A stretch of DNA of 64,000 bases from an uncultured delta proteobacterium (GTDB lineage Bacteria > Myxococcota > Myxococcia > Myxococcales > Anaeromyxobacteraceae), in the NCBI GenBank assembly GCA_963814585.1, contig CAWFDF010000014.1, positions 513,074 to 577,073 on the forward strand, in the 5' to 3' direction. The notes beneath the pieces were generated by a model. It was not told where the DNA came from. It did not search any database and saw only the letters and a list, made by a program, of their open reading frames with translations. The position numbers and the translations under genes were made by a program. Position 1 is the stretch's first letter; the number at the start of each line of letters is the position of its first letter. Below, in pieces: positions 12,172 to 24,077 of this stretch.

Positions 12172-12639
12172 TCACCGACCGGGGGGAGCGCCCCACATCT
12201 CCTCGATGACCTCGCGGCGGTGGTCGAAGATGGTGTCGAGCTGGCGGCGCACCACCAGCGCCCGCACCAGCGCTCCGACCGGGCCGAACGGCAGCCGGTA
12301 CTCCACCCGGTCGCCGATGATCGTCCCGCCGGGCGCGTCGGCAAAGGTGTGGGTGTGACGCCATCGGCGGTAGGGGCCGCGCCGCTGCACGTCCACGAAC
12401 CCCACCCCCGGCTCGAAGGACTCGATCTCGGTCCGCCAACGGAACGGCAGCCCGAAGAGGGAGAGCCGGTAGTCGATGAGCACCCCGGGCCGCATCTCGA
12501 TGGGGGACGGCGTCAGGATCTCGAAGCGCAGGAACCGCGGCGTGAGCCGCTCGAGGTTCCGGGCGTCGGCGAAGAAGGCGAAGACCTCCTGGCGTGGTCG
12601 CGGGACCAGCTGGGATCGCTCCAGCAGGTGGTCGGCCAT
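12172..12639 (-). CDS. SRPBCC family protein
   Basis: EVFAFFADARNLERLTP, FVDVQRRGPY..WRHTHTF. Confidence 0.88.
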   Translation of the reverse strand: MADHLLERSQLVPRPRQEVFAFFADARNLERLTPRFLRFEILTPSPIEMRPGVLIDYRLSLFGLPFRWRTEIESFEPGVGFVDVQRRGPYRRWRHTHTFADAPGGTIIGDRVEYRLPFGPVGALVRALVVRRQLDTIFDHRREVIEEMWGAPPGR

Positions 12640-12646
12640 GACACGC

Positions 12647-13051
12647 TCAGACGACGGCCACGGCGTCGATCTCGACGCGCGCCCCGCGCGGCAGCGCCGC
12701 CACCTGCACGGTGGCCCGGGCCGGGGGGGTGGCGGGGAAGGACCCGCCGTAGACCTGGTTCACGGCGGCGAAGTCGGCCAGGTCGGTCAGGTAGATGGTG
12801 GTCTTCACCACGTCCCGGAAGCCGGCGCCGCTGGCCGCCAGGACGGCCTCGAGGTTGGCCATCACCTGCCTGGTCTCGTCCTCGATGCTCCCCTTCACCA
12901 GCTGGCCGGTCCCGGGGTCGAGCGGGATCTGTCCCGAGAGGAAGAGGAACGCCCTGGGGGAGCCGCCCGGCGCGCCGGTGCGGACGACGACCGCCTGGCT
13001 GTAAGGCCCGATGGCCCCCGGTGCGGCGCTGGTGGAGATGACCTCGTGCAT
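12647..13051 (-). CDS. ridA: RidA family enamine/imine deaminase
   Basis: APGAIGPYSQA, SGQIPLDP, PPARATV, LPRGARVEID. Confidence 0.92.
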   Translation of the reverse strand: MHEVISTSAAPGAIGPYSQAVVVRTGAPGGSPRAFLFLSGQIPLDPGTGQLVKGSIEDETRQVMANLEAVLAASGAGFRDVVKTTIYLTDLADFAAVNQVYGGSFPATPPARATVQVAALPRGARVEIDAVAVV

Positions 13052-13072
13052 GTGCCCTCCCTGCGGCGCCGC

Positions 13073-15244
13073 TCAGGCGCGGTCGGCCGCGTGAACCCCG
13101 TCGATGCGCAGGATGTCGCGCAGCACGCCGGTCAGCTCCTTGACCCCGGTGATCTCGACCTGCAGGTCCACCACGGCGCGGTCGCCGCTGGTCTTGACGT
13201 TGGCCTGCGAGATGTTGATGTCGGCCTCGGCGAAGGCGCGTGAGATCTTGGCCAGCAGGCCGGGCCGATCGCTGGCGATGATGCGGACCGCCACCGGCCG
13301 CTTGAAGTCGCCCTTGACGTCCCAGGTCACGTCGACGCGCCGCTCGGCCGAGCTCTCCAGGACCTTGTCGCAGCCCGCGGTGTGCACGGTGACGCCGCGG
13401 CCGCGGGTGATGAAGCCGACGATGGCGTCTCCGGGCACCGGGTTGCAGCACTTGCCGTAACGCACCAGCATGTCGTCCACGCCGCTGACCCGCACGCCGC
13501 TCGACGTGGAGCGGCGCGCCACCTTGCGGAAGAGCTCGGAGAGCCGCGAGGCGGGCGCCTCCGGGACCAGCGGCGCCTGCAGCTGCTCCTGCGGCAGGAG
13601 CTGCGCCAGGAGCTGCTGGGTGGAGACCTTGCCGTAGCCGATGCCGGCCAGCAGGTCGTCGCCGTTGCGATAGCCGAACGGCGCCGCCGCCTTGGCCAGC
13701 TGCCCCGACTTCTCCACCTTGGCGAGCGAGAGGCCGTACTTGCGCAGGTCCTTCTCGGCGAGCTCCCGCCCGATCTCCAGGGAGCGGCGCTGCTCCTCCT
13801 GCCGGATGTACTGCCGGATGCGCGCCTGGCCCCGGCTGGTCTTGACGAAGCCCAGCCAGTCCTTGGAGGGGTGGGCATGGGGCGAGGTGAGGATCTCGAC
13901 GGTGTCGCCGTTCTTGAGCTGCTGCCGCAGCGGCACCAGCTTCCCGTTCACCTTGGCGCCGACGCAGTGGGTGCCGATCTCGGAGTGGATGGTGAAGGCG
14001 AAGTCGACCGGCGTGGCGCCGCGCGGCAGCGCCCGGATGGCCCCCTTGGGCGTGAAGACGAAGACCTCGTCGGAGAAGAGGTCCACCTTGACGGTCTCGA
14101 GGAACTCGCGCGGATCGTCCACCTCCCGCTGGAACTCGACCAGCTGCCGGAGCCACCCGAACTGCGCGGCGTCCTTGGCCGTCAACGGCTGGCCCGATCC
14201 GTCCCGGCCGGCCTCCTTGTAGGCCCAGTGGGCCGCCACGCCTTCCTCGGCGATGCGGTGCATCTCGGCCGTCCGGATCTGCACCTCGATCCGCTCGCCG
14301 CGAGGGCCGACCACGGTGGTGTGGAGCGACTGGTAGCCGTTGGGCTTGGGGATGGCGATGTAGTCCTTGAAGCGCCCCGGAACCGGCTTCCAGAGGGAGT
14401 GGATGACGCCCAGCGACTCGTAGCACTCGGCCACCGAGGCCACGATGACCCGGAAGCCGATGACGTCCTGGATCTGGTCGAAGTCGACGTCGAGCTGCCG
14501 CATCTTCCGCCAGACCGAGTAGGCGTGCTTGACGCGCCCCGAGACGTCCGGCTTCAGCCCCTGGCCTTCCAGCTTCTCGCGGATGATCCCCACCACCTCG
14601 GCGACGAACCTCTCCTTGGCGCGCTCCATGGCGGCGATGCGTCCGGCCAGGTCGGCGTAGTCGGTGGGGCGCAGGTACTTGAACGCCAGCTCCTCCAGCT
14701 CGGTCTTGACCCACTGGATGCCGAGCCGGTTGGCGAGCGGCGCGTAGATGTCGAGCGTCTCCTGGGCGATCCGCTCCTGCGCCTCGGGCTTCATGTGGTC
14801 GAGCGTCCGCATGTTGTGCGTCCGATCGGCCAGCTTGACGAGCAGGACCCGGATGTCCTTGGCCATCGCCACCACCATCTTGCGGAAGTTCTCCGCCTGC
14901 TTCTCCTCCCGGGTGTCGGCGGCGCTGAACTTGGAGAGCTTGGTGACCCCCTCGACGAGGTCGGCGATCTCGGCGCCGAACAGCCCGGCGATCTCCTCGC
15001 GCGTGGCCAGGGTGTCCTCGATGGTGTCGTGCAGCATCCCGGTCACGACGCTGGCCTCGTCGAGCTTCAGCTCGGCGAGGATGCCGGCCACCTCCAGCGG
15101 GTGGACCAGGTAGGGCTCGCCCGACTGGCGCAGCTGACCCTGGTGGACCTTGGCCGAGTAGACGTAGGCCTTCTTGATCAGGTCGAGGTCGGGGTCCGGG
15201 TGGTAGCTGGCGACCCGGTCGAGGATGTCGTTCAAGCGCAGCAA
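13073..15244 (-). CDS. relA: Bifunctional (p)ppGpp synthetase/hydrolase (RelA/SpoT)
   Basis: HD hydrolase LHDTIED, RFKDYIA.PK.NGYQSLHT, EVQIRT, TGS, CCNPVPGD and ACT domains. Confidence 0.97.
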   Translation of the reverse strand: MLRLNDILDRVASYHPDPDLDLIKKAYVYSAKVHQGQLRQSGEPYLVHPLEVAGILAELKLDEASVVTGMLHDTIEDTLATREEIAGLFGAEIADLVEGVTKLSKFSAADTREEKQAENFRKMVVAMAKDIRVLLVKLADRTHNMRTLDHMKPEAQERIAQETLDIYAPLANRLGIQWVKTELEELAFKYLRPTDYADLAGRIAAMERAKERFVAEVVGIIREKLEGQGLKPDVSGRVKHAYSVWRKMRQLDVDFDQIQDVIGFRVIVASVAECYESLGVIHSLWKPVPGRFKDYIAIPKPNGYQSLHTTVVGPRGERIEVQIRTAEMHRIAEEGVAAHWAYKEAGRDGSGQPLTAKDAAQFGWLRQLVEFQREVDDPREFLETVKVDLFSDEVFVFTPKGAIRALPRGATPVDFAFTIHSEIGTHCVGAKVNGKLVPLRQQLKNGDTVEILTSPHAHPSKDWLGFVKTSRGQARIRQYIRQEEQRRSLEIGRELAEKDLRKYGLSLAKVEKSGQLAKAAAPFGYRNGDDLLAGIGYGKVSTQQLLAQLLPQEQLQAPLVPEAPASRLSELFRKVARRSTSSGVRVSGVDDMLVRYGKCCNPVPGDAIVGFITRGRGVTVHTAGCDKVLESSAERRVDVTWDVKGDFKRPVAVRIIASDRPGLLAKISRAFAEADINISQANVKTSGDRAVVDLQVEITGVKELTGVLRDILRIDGVHAADRA

Positions 15245-15356
15245 GGCCTTTCAGAGTAGCGTCCAGCTCACCGGCCGGGCAAGGCCGAGCCGGGTCCGAT
15301 GCCGCCGCGGTTGAGCCGCCGGCGGCCCCGGGGTAGAAATTCCGGACGGGGGCCCT

Positions 15357-16514
15357 GTGCTCAAGTGCAAGTCCTGTGGCGGCACGCTCGACCTCACCAT
15401 GAGCGTCTGCCCGGCGTGCGGTGCCGAGGTGGAGCTGGGCCGGCTCACCGGCATCCTCGGCATCGTCTGCCGGGCCTGCGACGCCTACAACGAGCCCGGG
15501 GCCCGGACCTGTTCCTCCTGTGGCGCGTCCATCGGCGAGCTGCCGGGAGCGACGCCCACGCCGGCGTCCACCCCGTCCACCCCGTCCGCCGAGCCGAACC
15601 GGCCCGGGCCGGCCCTGACCCCGCCGGCCCTCACGCCGCAGGCCGGCGCGCCGGCGCCCGCGGTCCCGGCCCCGGGCCAGCCGGTGCTCCGCGCCTTCCA
15701 GCGGGGGGCCGCCGCGCCCACCCGCGTCGTCCCGCTGATCCCGTCCCAGCCGCTCCCGGGGGCGCCTCCGGCGCCAGGGCCGGTCGCGCCGGTCGCGCCG
15801 CCAGCCACGCCCGTGGCGCCGGCGCCGCGGGTCGCCCTGGCCCCCGGGCCGCTGCTCCCGGGCCGCGCCGCGCTGGTCCTCGAGCGCGGCGAGGGGCCCG
15901 ACGGCGCCACCTTCCAGCTCGACCGGGACGTGGTGGGCGCCGGGCGGACCCAGGGCGCCGTCACCTTCCCGGATGATCCCTGCCTCGGCCCGCTCCACGC
16001 CACCTTCTACTACCAGTCCGGCTCCCTCCACCTGCGCGACGAGGGCGCCCCCGGTGGGACCTACCTGCGGCTGCGCGGCCCCTCGGTGCCGCTCCGCGCT
16101 GGCGACCTCTTCGCCATCGGCGGCCGGCTGCTCCGCTTCGCCGGCGCCCTGCCCCCGGCGCCGCCCGGCCCGCCCGACGGGACCCGGCGCCTCGGGGCGC
16201 CTCGCCCGCCCACGCCGACCGTGGTCATCGAGGAGCTGCTCGAGGGCGGCGTCACCGGCCGCGTCTACGTCCGCGGCGGCGGCTCGGTGACCATTGGCCG
16301 CTCCGGCTGCGCCGTGAACCTCGGCGACGACCCCGATCTCTCCCAGGCCCACGCCGAGCTGGTGGTCGACTCGGCCGGGGGCGCCCGGCTCAAGGACCTC
16401 GGCACCTCCGCCGGCACCTTCGTCCGCGTCCCGCCACGCGCCGAGCGGGAGCTGCACGACGGCGACTGGGTGCGGCTCGGGCGCGAGGTGCTCCGGGTCG
16501 CGGTCAACGACTGA
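15357..16514 (+). CDS. Double zinc-ribbon + tandem (degenerate) FHA-domain protein
   Basis: Four CxxC pairs, Pro-rich linker, two FHA-like repeats (AGR..LGPLHA..GGTY; IGR..SQAHA..AGTF). Confidence 0.85.
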   Translation: MLKCKSCGGTLDLTMSVCPACGAEVELGRLTGILGIVCRACDAYNEPGARTCSSCGASIGELPGATPTPASTPSTPSAEPNRPGPALTPPALTPQAGAPAPAVPAPGQPVLRAFQRGAAAPTRVVPLIPSQPLPGAPPAPGPVAPVAPPATPVAPAPRVALAPGPLLPGRAALVLERGEGPDGATFQLDRDVVGAGRTQGAVTFPDDPCLGPLHATFYYQSGSLHLRDEGAPGGTYLRLRGPSVPLRAGDLFAIGGRLLRFAGALPPAPPGPPDGTRRLGAPRPPTPTVVIEELLEGGVTGRVYVRGGGSVTIGRSGCAVNLGDDPDLSQAHAELVVDSAGGARLKDLGTSAGTFVRVPPRAERELHDGDWVRLGREVLRVAVND

Positions 16515-16534
16515 GGGCGCACCAGGGAGCCCGC

Positions 16535-16834
16535 ATGGCCATCGCCTTCCTCACCATCACGCCGCTCGGCACCGGCACCCCCAGCGTCTCCCGCTTCGTG
16601 GCCGGCGTGGAGATCATCCTGCGCGGCACCTCGCTCAGCCACCAGCTCACCGCCATGGGGACCATCATCGAGGGCGACCTCGACGAGATCCTCGCGGTGG
16701 TGCGCCGCATGCACGAGCACCCCTTCACCATGGGGGCGCAGCGCGTCTCCACCTCGCTGCGCATCGACGACCGGCGCGACAAGCCGCACAGCATCGCCGG
16801 CAAGATGCGCTCGGTGGAGGAGAAGCTGAGGTGA
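16535..16834 (+). CDS. MTH1187/YkoF-like thiamine-binding protein
   Basis: ITPLGTGTPSVS, AMGTIIEG, RVSTSLRIDDRRDK. Confidence 0.9.
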   Translation: MAIAFLTITPLGTGTPSVSRFVAGVEIILRGTSLSHQLTAMGTIIEGDLDEILAVVRRMHEHPFTMGAQRVSTSLRIDDRRDKPHSIAGKMRSVEEKLR

Positions 16835-16849
16835 CGCTGGCGCTCGAGG

Positions 16850-18520
<1,671 letters not shown>

Positions 18521-18597
18521 GGCCCGGCATCTTACACCGGCGGGCCGGGCCGGCGAGACGCGTTGACCCCCCGGCCCGGGCGTGGCGAAATGCGCGG

Positions 18598-19509
18598 ATG
18601 GCCAGGCCGGTGAAGTGCCCCCGCTGCGGGCGGGACAACGACGCGACCTTCGCCTTCTGCCTCGACTGCGGACAGGCCATGCGGCCCACCGGGGCCGGGA
18701 CCGCGGCGCGGCACTGCGTCGGCTGTGGCGCCGCGCTCCAGCCGGGCTTCAAGTTCTGCGCCCACTGCGGCCGGCCCGCCGCCGCCGGGACCCCGGCGCC
18801 GGTGGCCCCGCCCGCCGCCGCGCGCCGCCCCCCGCCCGCCAGCACCTCCGGCACCTCGCTGCAGGTGACGGTGATGGAGTCCCCGCCGCGCCTCTGCGCC
18901 GTCCGTCACGACGGGTTGCCCGGGCTGGTGGTGGAGCTGGACCGCGAGGAGACCCTCTGCGGGCGGACCGAGGGCGAGCTGCGGCTGTCCGACGACCCGA
19001 CCGTCTCCCCCCGCCACGCCCGCTTCATCCGCCGCGGCAAGCAGGTGCGGGTCGAGGACCTGGGGAGCGTCAACGGCACCTACCTGCGGCTCCGGGGGAG
19101 CCACCGGATCACGGTCGGCGAGGAGCTCCGGATCGGGCGCCAGCTGGTCCGGGTGGAGCCCCTGCCGCGTCCCGCCCCGGGCAGCGACCAGGACGGCCGG
19201 GCCTGGGGCTCGGTCGATCCGGGCGCCACGCTGCGGCTGGCGCAGCTCCTCGAGGGCGGTGGCGTGGCCGAGATCTTCCCGCTGCGGCCTGGCGAGAACA
19301 CCGTGGGCCGCGACGCCGGCGACATCACCTTCCCGGGCGACCGCTACGTCTCGGCGCGCCACGCCGTCATCCAGGTGGAGCCTGGCGGCGTGACCATCAC
19401 CGACCTGGGCAGCTCCAACGGCAGCTTCGTCAAGGTGGTCGGAGGGGCCGACCTGGCGCCCGGCGATCAGCTCCTGCTGGGCGCGCAGCTCTTCCGGCTC
19501 GACGCCTGA
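18598..19509 (+). CDS. Double zinc-ribbon + tandem FHA-domain protein
   Basis: Four CxxC pairs; two canonical FHA signatures GR..SPRH..NGT and GR..SARH..NGS. Confidence 0.9.
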   Translation: MARPVKCPRCGRDNDATFAFCLDCGQAMRPTGAGTAARHCVGCGAALQPGFKFCAHCGRPAAAGTPAPVAPPAAARRPPPASTSGTSLQVTVMESPPRLCAVRHDGLPGLVVELDREETLCGRTEGELRLSDDPTVSPRHARFIRRGKQVRVEDLGSVNGTYLRLRGSHRITVGEELRIGRQLVRVEPLPRPAPGSDQDGRAWGSVDPGATLRLAQLLEGGGVAEIFPLRPGENTVGRDAGDITFPGDRYVSARHAVIQVEPGGVTITDLGSSNGSFVKVVGGADLAPGDQLLLGAQLFRLDA

Positions 19510-19528
19510 CCGGCCGCGCGCCTCCCGG

Positions 19529-19891
19529 CTACCCGAACGACTTCTCCTTCTGCTCCTGCTCTTCCTTGCAGCGGATGCAGAGGGTCGTGACCGGGCGAGC
19601 CTCGAGCCGCTTGGCCGAGATCTCCTCCTCGCACTTCTCGCAGATGCCGAAGGTCCCGGCCTCGACCCGGACCAGCGCCTTCTCGATCTTGGCGAGCAGG
19701 AACTTCTCCCGGTCGCGCAGCCGGAAGATCATCGACTGCGTGTACTCGCTGGACGCCTGGTCGATCTCGTCGGGAAGGTCGTCGGTGTCGAAGCTGGCCT
19801 CCTCGGTCAAGGTCTTCTTGGCCGATGCGAGGAGCTCCCGCTTCGACTCCTCGAGCATCGTCTTGAACCGCTTCAGGTCCTTCTTGTTCAA
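19529..19891 (-). CDS. dksA: RNA polymerase-binding factor DksA
   Basis: DEIDQA (DxxDxA) coiled-coil tip; CEKC...RLEARP...CIRC; GGAGG RBS before TTG. Confidence 0.92.
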   Translation of the reverse strand: MNKKDLKRFKTMLEESKRELLASAKKTLTEEASFDTDDLPDEIDQASSEYTQSMIFRLRDREKFLLAKIEKALVRVEAGTFGICEKCEEEISAKRLEARPVTTLCIRCKEEQEQKEKSFG

Positions 19892-19939
19892 GCGATTTCC
19901 TCCACCCTGGGCCCCAGCCGGGGCCGCGAAAGACCCGTG

Positions 19940-19968
19940 AACCTAGACGCCGACGCCGACGCTGTCAA
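19940..19968 (-). promoter_or_regulatory. Sigma70-type promoter for dksA
   Basis: TTGACA-N17-TAGGTT on minus strand. Confidence 0.6.
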
Positions 19969-19996
19969 GGCAAGGCGGAGGGCGGCGACGGGCGTT

Positions 19997-20025
19997 TTGA
20001 CTCGCCCTCCTGGCGCGTCGATACT
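19997..20025 (+). promoter_or_regulatory. Sigma70-type promoter for the diadenylate cyclase gene (likely leaderless)
   Basis: TTGACT-N17-GATACT, 6 nt before ATG 20032. Confidence 0.5.
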
Positions 20026-20031
20026 GGCGCC

Positions 20032-20916
20032 ATGTCGGACGGCAGGTTTGACCGTGAGTTCCTGAAGGCGGCGCTGGGCCTCTCCACCCGCTCCGAGGTG
20101 GACCGCCTGCTGCTGGTCTCCGACCACCCGCTCTCGCCCAATGACATCCGTGGCCGCCCCATCAAGAAGAAGCTGGTCTACGCGGTGACCAGCGAGGGGC
20201 TGGCCCACCAGCTGCGCGCCCGCAAGTACCTGGCGGTGGTGATCCCGCCCTACGACTACACCCGGGTGGAGAAGATCAAGGTGGCCATCGTGGCGGCCCA
20301 GTCGGCCGGGCTGGTCCGGGACGGTGACACCGTGCTGGCCTGCTGTGGCCCCGGCGAGGACAAGACCGCCGACACCCTGATCAAGGTGACCATCGGCGGA
20401 GAGGACCCCGAGGAGAAGATCCGGGTCGACACGCTGGGCCTGCCCTCGGGCTTCTCGACGCAGGTGATCGAGGGGCTCATCCACACGGCCATGGAGATCG
20501 GCGCCGAGGGCTACGAGGGGCACGCCATCGGCACCATCATCGTGGTGGGCGACTCCACCCAGGTGATGGAGAAGAGCCGGCAGCTGACCCTCAACCCGTT
20601 CCAGGGGATCAGCGAGGCCGACCGCAACTCGCTCGACCCGCCCATCCGCGAGGCCATCAAGACCTTCGCCGCGCTCGACGGCGCCTTCATCATCCGCGAG
20701 GACGGGGTGGTGCTGGCCGCCGGCCGGTACCTGCTCTCCATGAGCCGCGACGTCTCGCTGCCGCTCGGCCTGGGCGCCCGTCACTCGGCCGCCGCCTCGA
20801 TGACCAGCGACACCGATGCCGTCGCCATCACGGTGTCGCAGACCAGCGGCGCGGTCAGGGTCTTCCGCGATGGCGAGATCGTCCTCGAGCTGCGCCAGCG
20901 CATCCGGCGGGTCTGA
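20032..20916 (+). CDS. Diadenylate cyclase (DisA_N/DAC domain, DacZ-like architecture)
   Basis: EGHAIGTIIVVGD, ALDGAF, GLGARHSAAA, AITVSQTSG. Confidence 0.85.
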   Translation: MSDGRFDREFLKAALGLSTRSEVDRLLLVSDHPLSPNDIRGRPIKKKLVYAVTSEGLAHQLRARKYLAVVIPPYDYTRVEKIKVAIVAAQSAGLVRDGDTVLACCGPGEDKTADTLIKVTIGGEDPEEKIRVDTLGLPSGFSTQVIEGLIHTAMEIGAEGYEGHAIGTIIVVGDSTQVMEKSRQLTLNPFQGISEADRNSLDPPIREAIKTFAALDGAFIIREDGVVLAAGRYLLSMSRDVSLPLGLGARHSAAASMTSDTDAVAITVSQTSGAVRVFRDGEIVLELRQRIRRV

Positions 20917-22406
20917 TGCCCCGGTCGCTCTCGCCCGCCCGCACCGCGCTGCTGCTGGTGGCGGCCTCGCTGCTCTTCCACGTCGCCTACGCCGGGCTGG
21001 TGGCCCTCTCGCCGCAGGAGGCCTACTACTGGTCGTGGAGCCGGCGGCTCGCCCTCTCCTACTTCGACCACCCGCCGCTGGCCGCCTGGACCATCCGCGC
21101 TGCCACCGAGATCTTCGGCGACGAGCGAGCGCGCCATCCGGCTGGCGGCGGCGCTGCCACTCCGGCCTCTTCTTCCTCTTCCTCTTCCTGGCCGGGCGGC
21201 GCCTCTTCGGCGAGCGGGCTGCGCTGCTGGCCACCGCCTTCGGCGCTGCTCGCCCCCATCACCTCCCTCGGGCAGGTGGTGATCACGCCCGACGCCCCGC
21301 TCCTCTCTGGATGGGCGGCCTGCCTCTACTTCACGGTCCGGGCCCTCGACGAGGAGGACGGCCGATGGCTGCTGGCGGCCGGCCTGGCCACCGGGCTGGC
21401 GGCGCTCGGGAAGTACACCGCCTTCATGCTGGTGCCGCAGCTCGGGCTGGCGCTGCTCCTCGACCCGCGCGGGCGGAGGCTGATCGCCTCCCCGTGGCCA
21501 TGGCTGGGCCTGGCGCTGGCCGCGCTGGCCTTCTCGCCGGTGCTGCTCTGGAACGCCGACCGCCACTTCGTCAGCTTCCTCTTCCAGTCGGAGGGGCGCA
21601 CCAGCACCTTCGCCTTCAGGCCGGTGCTGGTGGGGCGCTTCATCGGGCTGCAGGCGCTCAGCGTGTCGCCGCTGCTCTGGCTGGCGCTCATGGCGGCGCC
21701 CTTCCTGGCGGCGCGCCGGTGGCGCGAGCCCGGCTGGCGCGTGGCGGCCACCTTCTCGCTGCCGCTGGTGCTGCTCATGCTGGTCATCTCGCCGTTCCAC
21801 TGGGTCAAGATGAACTGGGGGGCGCCGGCCTACCCGGCCGCGCTGCTGGCCCTCGGGGCGCTCACGCTGGAAGGGTGGGACCGGGCCTGGGTGCGCCGCT
21901 TCACCTGGTCGGCGGGCGCGCTGGCGGCGGTCTTCAGCCTCTACACCCACCTCATGCCGCTCTGGCCGGCCCTCCCCTTCCCGGCCCGGGACGAGATGTT
22001 CGCCGGCTGGAGGCAACTGGCGGCGCGCGTCGACGCCGAGCGCCGGGCCATGGGCGGCGAGCCGCTGGTGGTCGGCTGCACCTACAAGCCGGCCGCCGAG
22101 CTGTCCTACTACCTGCCGGGGCGGCCACGGACCCAGTCGGCCGGCGTCTTCGGCGAGAACGGGCTCCAGTACGACGAGTGGCTCGACCCGGCCGAGGTGA
22201 AGGGGCGCCCGCTGCTGCTGGTGATCGACCCCCGCGAGCGCCGCACCTGCGCCGGGAAGTCCGAGCTCTGCGCCACGCTCGACCGGCTCGAGCCCGAGGT
22301 GGTGCGGCGCGGCGACGAGCTCGTCACCGCCTTCGAGATCGAGCGGTGCCAGGTGCGCGACGACGCCGAGATCCCGCTGCCGCGCTGGCGCAGCGGCACG
22401 CGCTGA
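20916..22406 (+). CDS. ArnT/PMT (GT39/GT83-like) membrane glycosyltransferase (compensating indels about 21130-21245)
   Basis: QEAYYWSWS..L.LSYFDHPPL, TPDAPL, LGKYT, many TM helices. Confidence 0.88.
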   Translation: MPRSLSPARTALLLVAASLLFHVAYAGLVALSPQEAYYWSWSRRLALSYFDHPPLAAWTIRAATEIFGDERARHPAGGGAATPASSSSSSSWPGGASSASGLRCWPPPSALLAPITSLGQVVITPDAPLLSGWAACLYFTVRALDEEDGRWLLAAGLATGLAALGKYTAFMLVPQLGLALLLDPRGRRLIASPWPWLGLALAALAFSPVLLWNADRHFVSFLFQSEGRTSTFAFRPVLVGRFIGLQALSVSPLLWLALMAAPFLAARRWREPGWRVAATFSLPLVLLMLVISPFHWVKMNWGAPAYPAALLALGALTLEGWDRAWVRRFTWSAGALAAVFSLYTHLMPLWPALPFPARDEMFAGWRQLAARVDAERRAMGGEPLVVGCTYKPAAELSYYLPGRPRTQSAGVFGENGLQYDEWLDPAEVKGRPLLLVIDPRERRTCAGKSELCATLDRLEPEVVRRGDELVTAFEIERCQVRDDAEIPLPRWRSGTR

Positions 22407-23423
22407 CCAGCGGGCAGGCGGCGCAGTGGGCCGGCGTGAGCCGTGCCGGGCAGGCCCCGCTCATGCCGAGGTGGCAGAGCGCGAAGTCGAAGCGGACCGG
22501 GTCGGCCGGATCGACGAGCCGCAGGGCCGCGGTGATCTCCTCGGCGGTGCGCCAGCCGGCGTCGGCCCGGCGGGTGAGCCCGAGCCGCCGTGCCACCCGG
22601 TGGATGTGGGTGTCGAGCGGCATGATCAGCGCCGCGCGCGGCACGCCGGGCCAGGCGCCGAGGTCGACCGCGTCCGGGCCGCGGACCATCCAGCGCAGGA
22701 AGAGGTTCCAGCGCTTGGCGGCGCCCGGGCCGGAGGCGTCGGGGAGCAGGTGGCGCAGGCCGCGCGTCCCCCGACGGCGGAGCAGCGGCGCCACCGGCGG
22801 GGCCCCGCGCAGCTCGGCGGCGAAGGCGGCCAGGGCCGGGCGGAGCGCCGCCGGGTCACCGCCCGCGGCCGCGAAGAGGGCCGTGAACCGGGCGCCCAGC
22901 GAGCCGTGGGCGCGGCGCAGGTGGCCGACGGCCGAGAGGAGCGCGGCGAGGTCGGCGGGCTGGTTGAAGCGGTAGCGGAACCAGGCGAACCGGGCCAGGG
23001 CGCCGCCTGCTCCGGCCCGCCGGCGGACGGGCCGTTCCCTTCCGGGGGCACCGCCGCGATCCCGTCCGCTGCGGCGGTGGGTGCGCCGAGAGGCCGGCGG
23101 GCCGGCGACGCAGCGGGTGAGGCGACACCGCCGGCGAGCGACGCGGCGAGCCCATCGACCGCCGCGGCCGGCGACGGCCCGAGCTGGTCGAGCAGGCGCA
23201 CCAGGATGGGCTTGAAGAGGTCGGCCCGGCCGTAGGCCAGGCAGGCGGCCAGCAGCCCGGCCACCTCCTGGTCGTGGGGCGAGTCGTAGCGGCGCGGCAG
23301 CTCGACCGGATCGGCCGCGAGGCGCGCGGCCCGGTCGAGCGTGGCGTCGAGCCGATCGAGCAGCGGCGCGAGCGCCGCGGCGTCGGCGGCGGTGAAGGCG
23401 GTGCGGGTGGTACGGCGCTTCAT
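22324..23423 (-). CDS. TIGR02757-family protein (frameshift near 22985)
   Basis: ADPVELPRRY..DQEVAGLLAACLAYG; FRYRF; KRWNLFLRWMVR, PLDTHI, DPVRFDFALCHLG. Confidence 0.85.
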
Positions 23424-23549
23424 GGGTGAGGTGGCGGCGACGGTGGCGCGGTGAGGACGGGCTTCACGGAGGGGCTGCTCGACGACGCGACCTCGAGCCG
23501 GGTTGGTGGCGCTTCATGGCCGCGGCGGCGGTGCGGAGCGATCGGCGCT

Positions 23550-24077
23550 TCATCGCTTCGGTGGCGTCGGCGCTTCGTCCTTGCGCAGCTCGCGCAGCAC
23601 GTGGCCGACCTCGGGGGCGATGAGCCTCTCCCAGGCCAGCCTCACTGCCGCCCGCGAGCCGGGCACCGAGAAGACCACCCGGCCGCCCCATGTCCCGGCC
23701 ACCGCGCGCGAGAGCATGGCGGCGCTGCCGATCTCGGCGAATGAGAGCATGCGGAAGAGCTCGCCGAATCCGTCCAGCCGCTTCTCGAGCAGGCCGGCCA
23801 CCGCCTCGTAGGTGCGATCGCGGCCGGCGATGCCGGTGCCGCCGTTGACCACGATCGCCTCGGCCCCGGCCGCCGCCGCGGCGCCGAGCGCGGCGCGGAT
23901 GGCGTCCGGCTCGTCGCGCACCACGGCGTAGCTGGCCAGCTGGTGGCCGGCCGCGGCGACCTGCTCGCGCAGGTAGCGGCCGCTCTCGTCCTCGGCCTCG
24001 CCGCGGGTGTCGGAGGCGGTGATGACGCCGAAGCGGACAGTGGCGGGGGCCTCGGCGCGGTGCTGGTGGTGGGACAT
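23550..24077 (-). CDS. moaB: MogA/MoaB molybdenum cofactor biosynthesis protein
   Basis: ITASDTR, DESG, VRDE, GGTGIAGRDRT, GFGELFR, PGS. Confidence 0.88.
   Translation of the reverse strand: MSHHQHRAEAPATVRFGVITASDTRGEAEDESGRYLREQVAAAGHQLASYAVVRDEPDAIRAALGAAAAAGAEAIVVNGGTGIAGRDRTYEAVAGLLEKRLDGFGELFRMLSFAEIGSAAMLSRAVAGTWGGRVVFSVPGSRAAVRLAWERLIAPEVGHVLRELRKDEAPTPPKR

Noticed and set aside
12513..16457. Very long alternative-frame ORFs (1314 aa here; also 306..2765, 30771..32786, 37529..39664)
   Set aside because: Shadow ORFs of high-GC genes: Arg/Gly/Pro-rich or antisense to well-supported genes.
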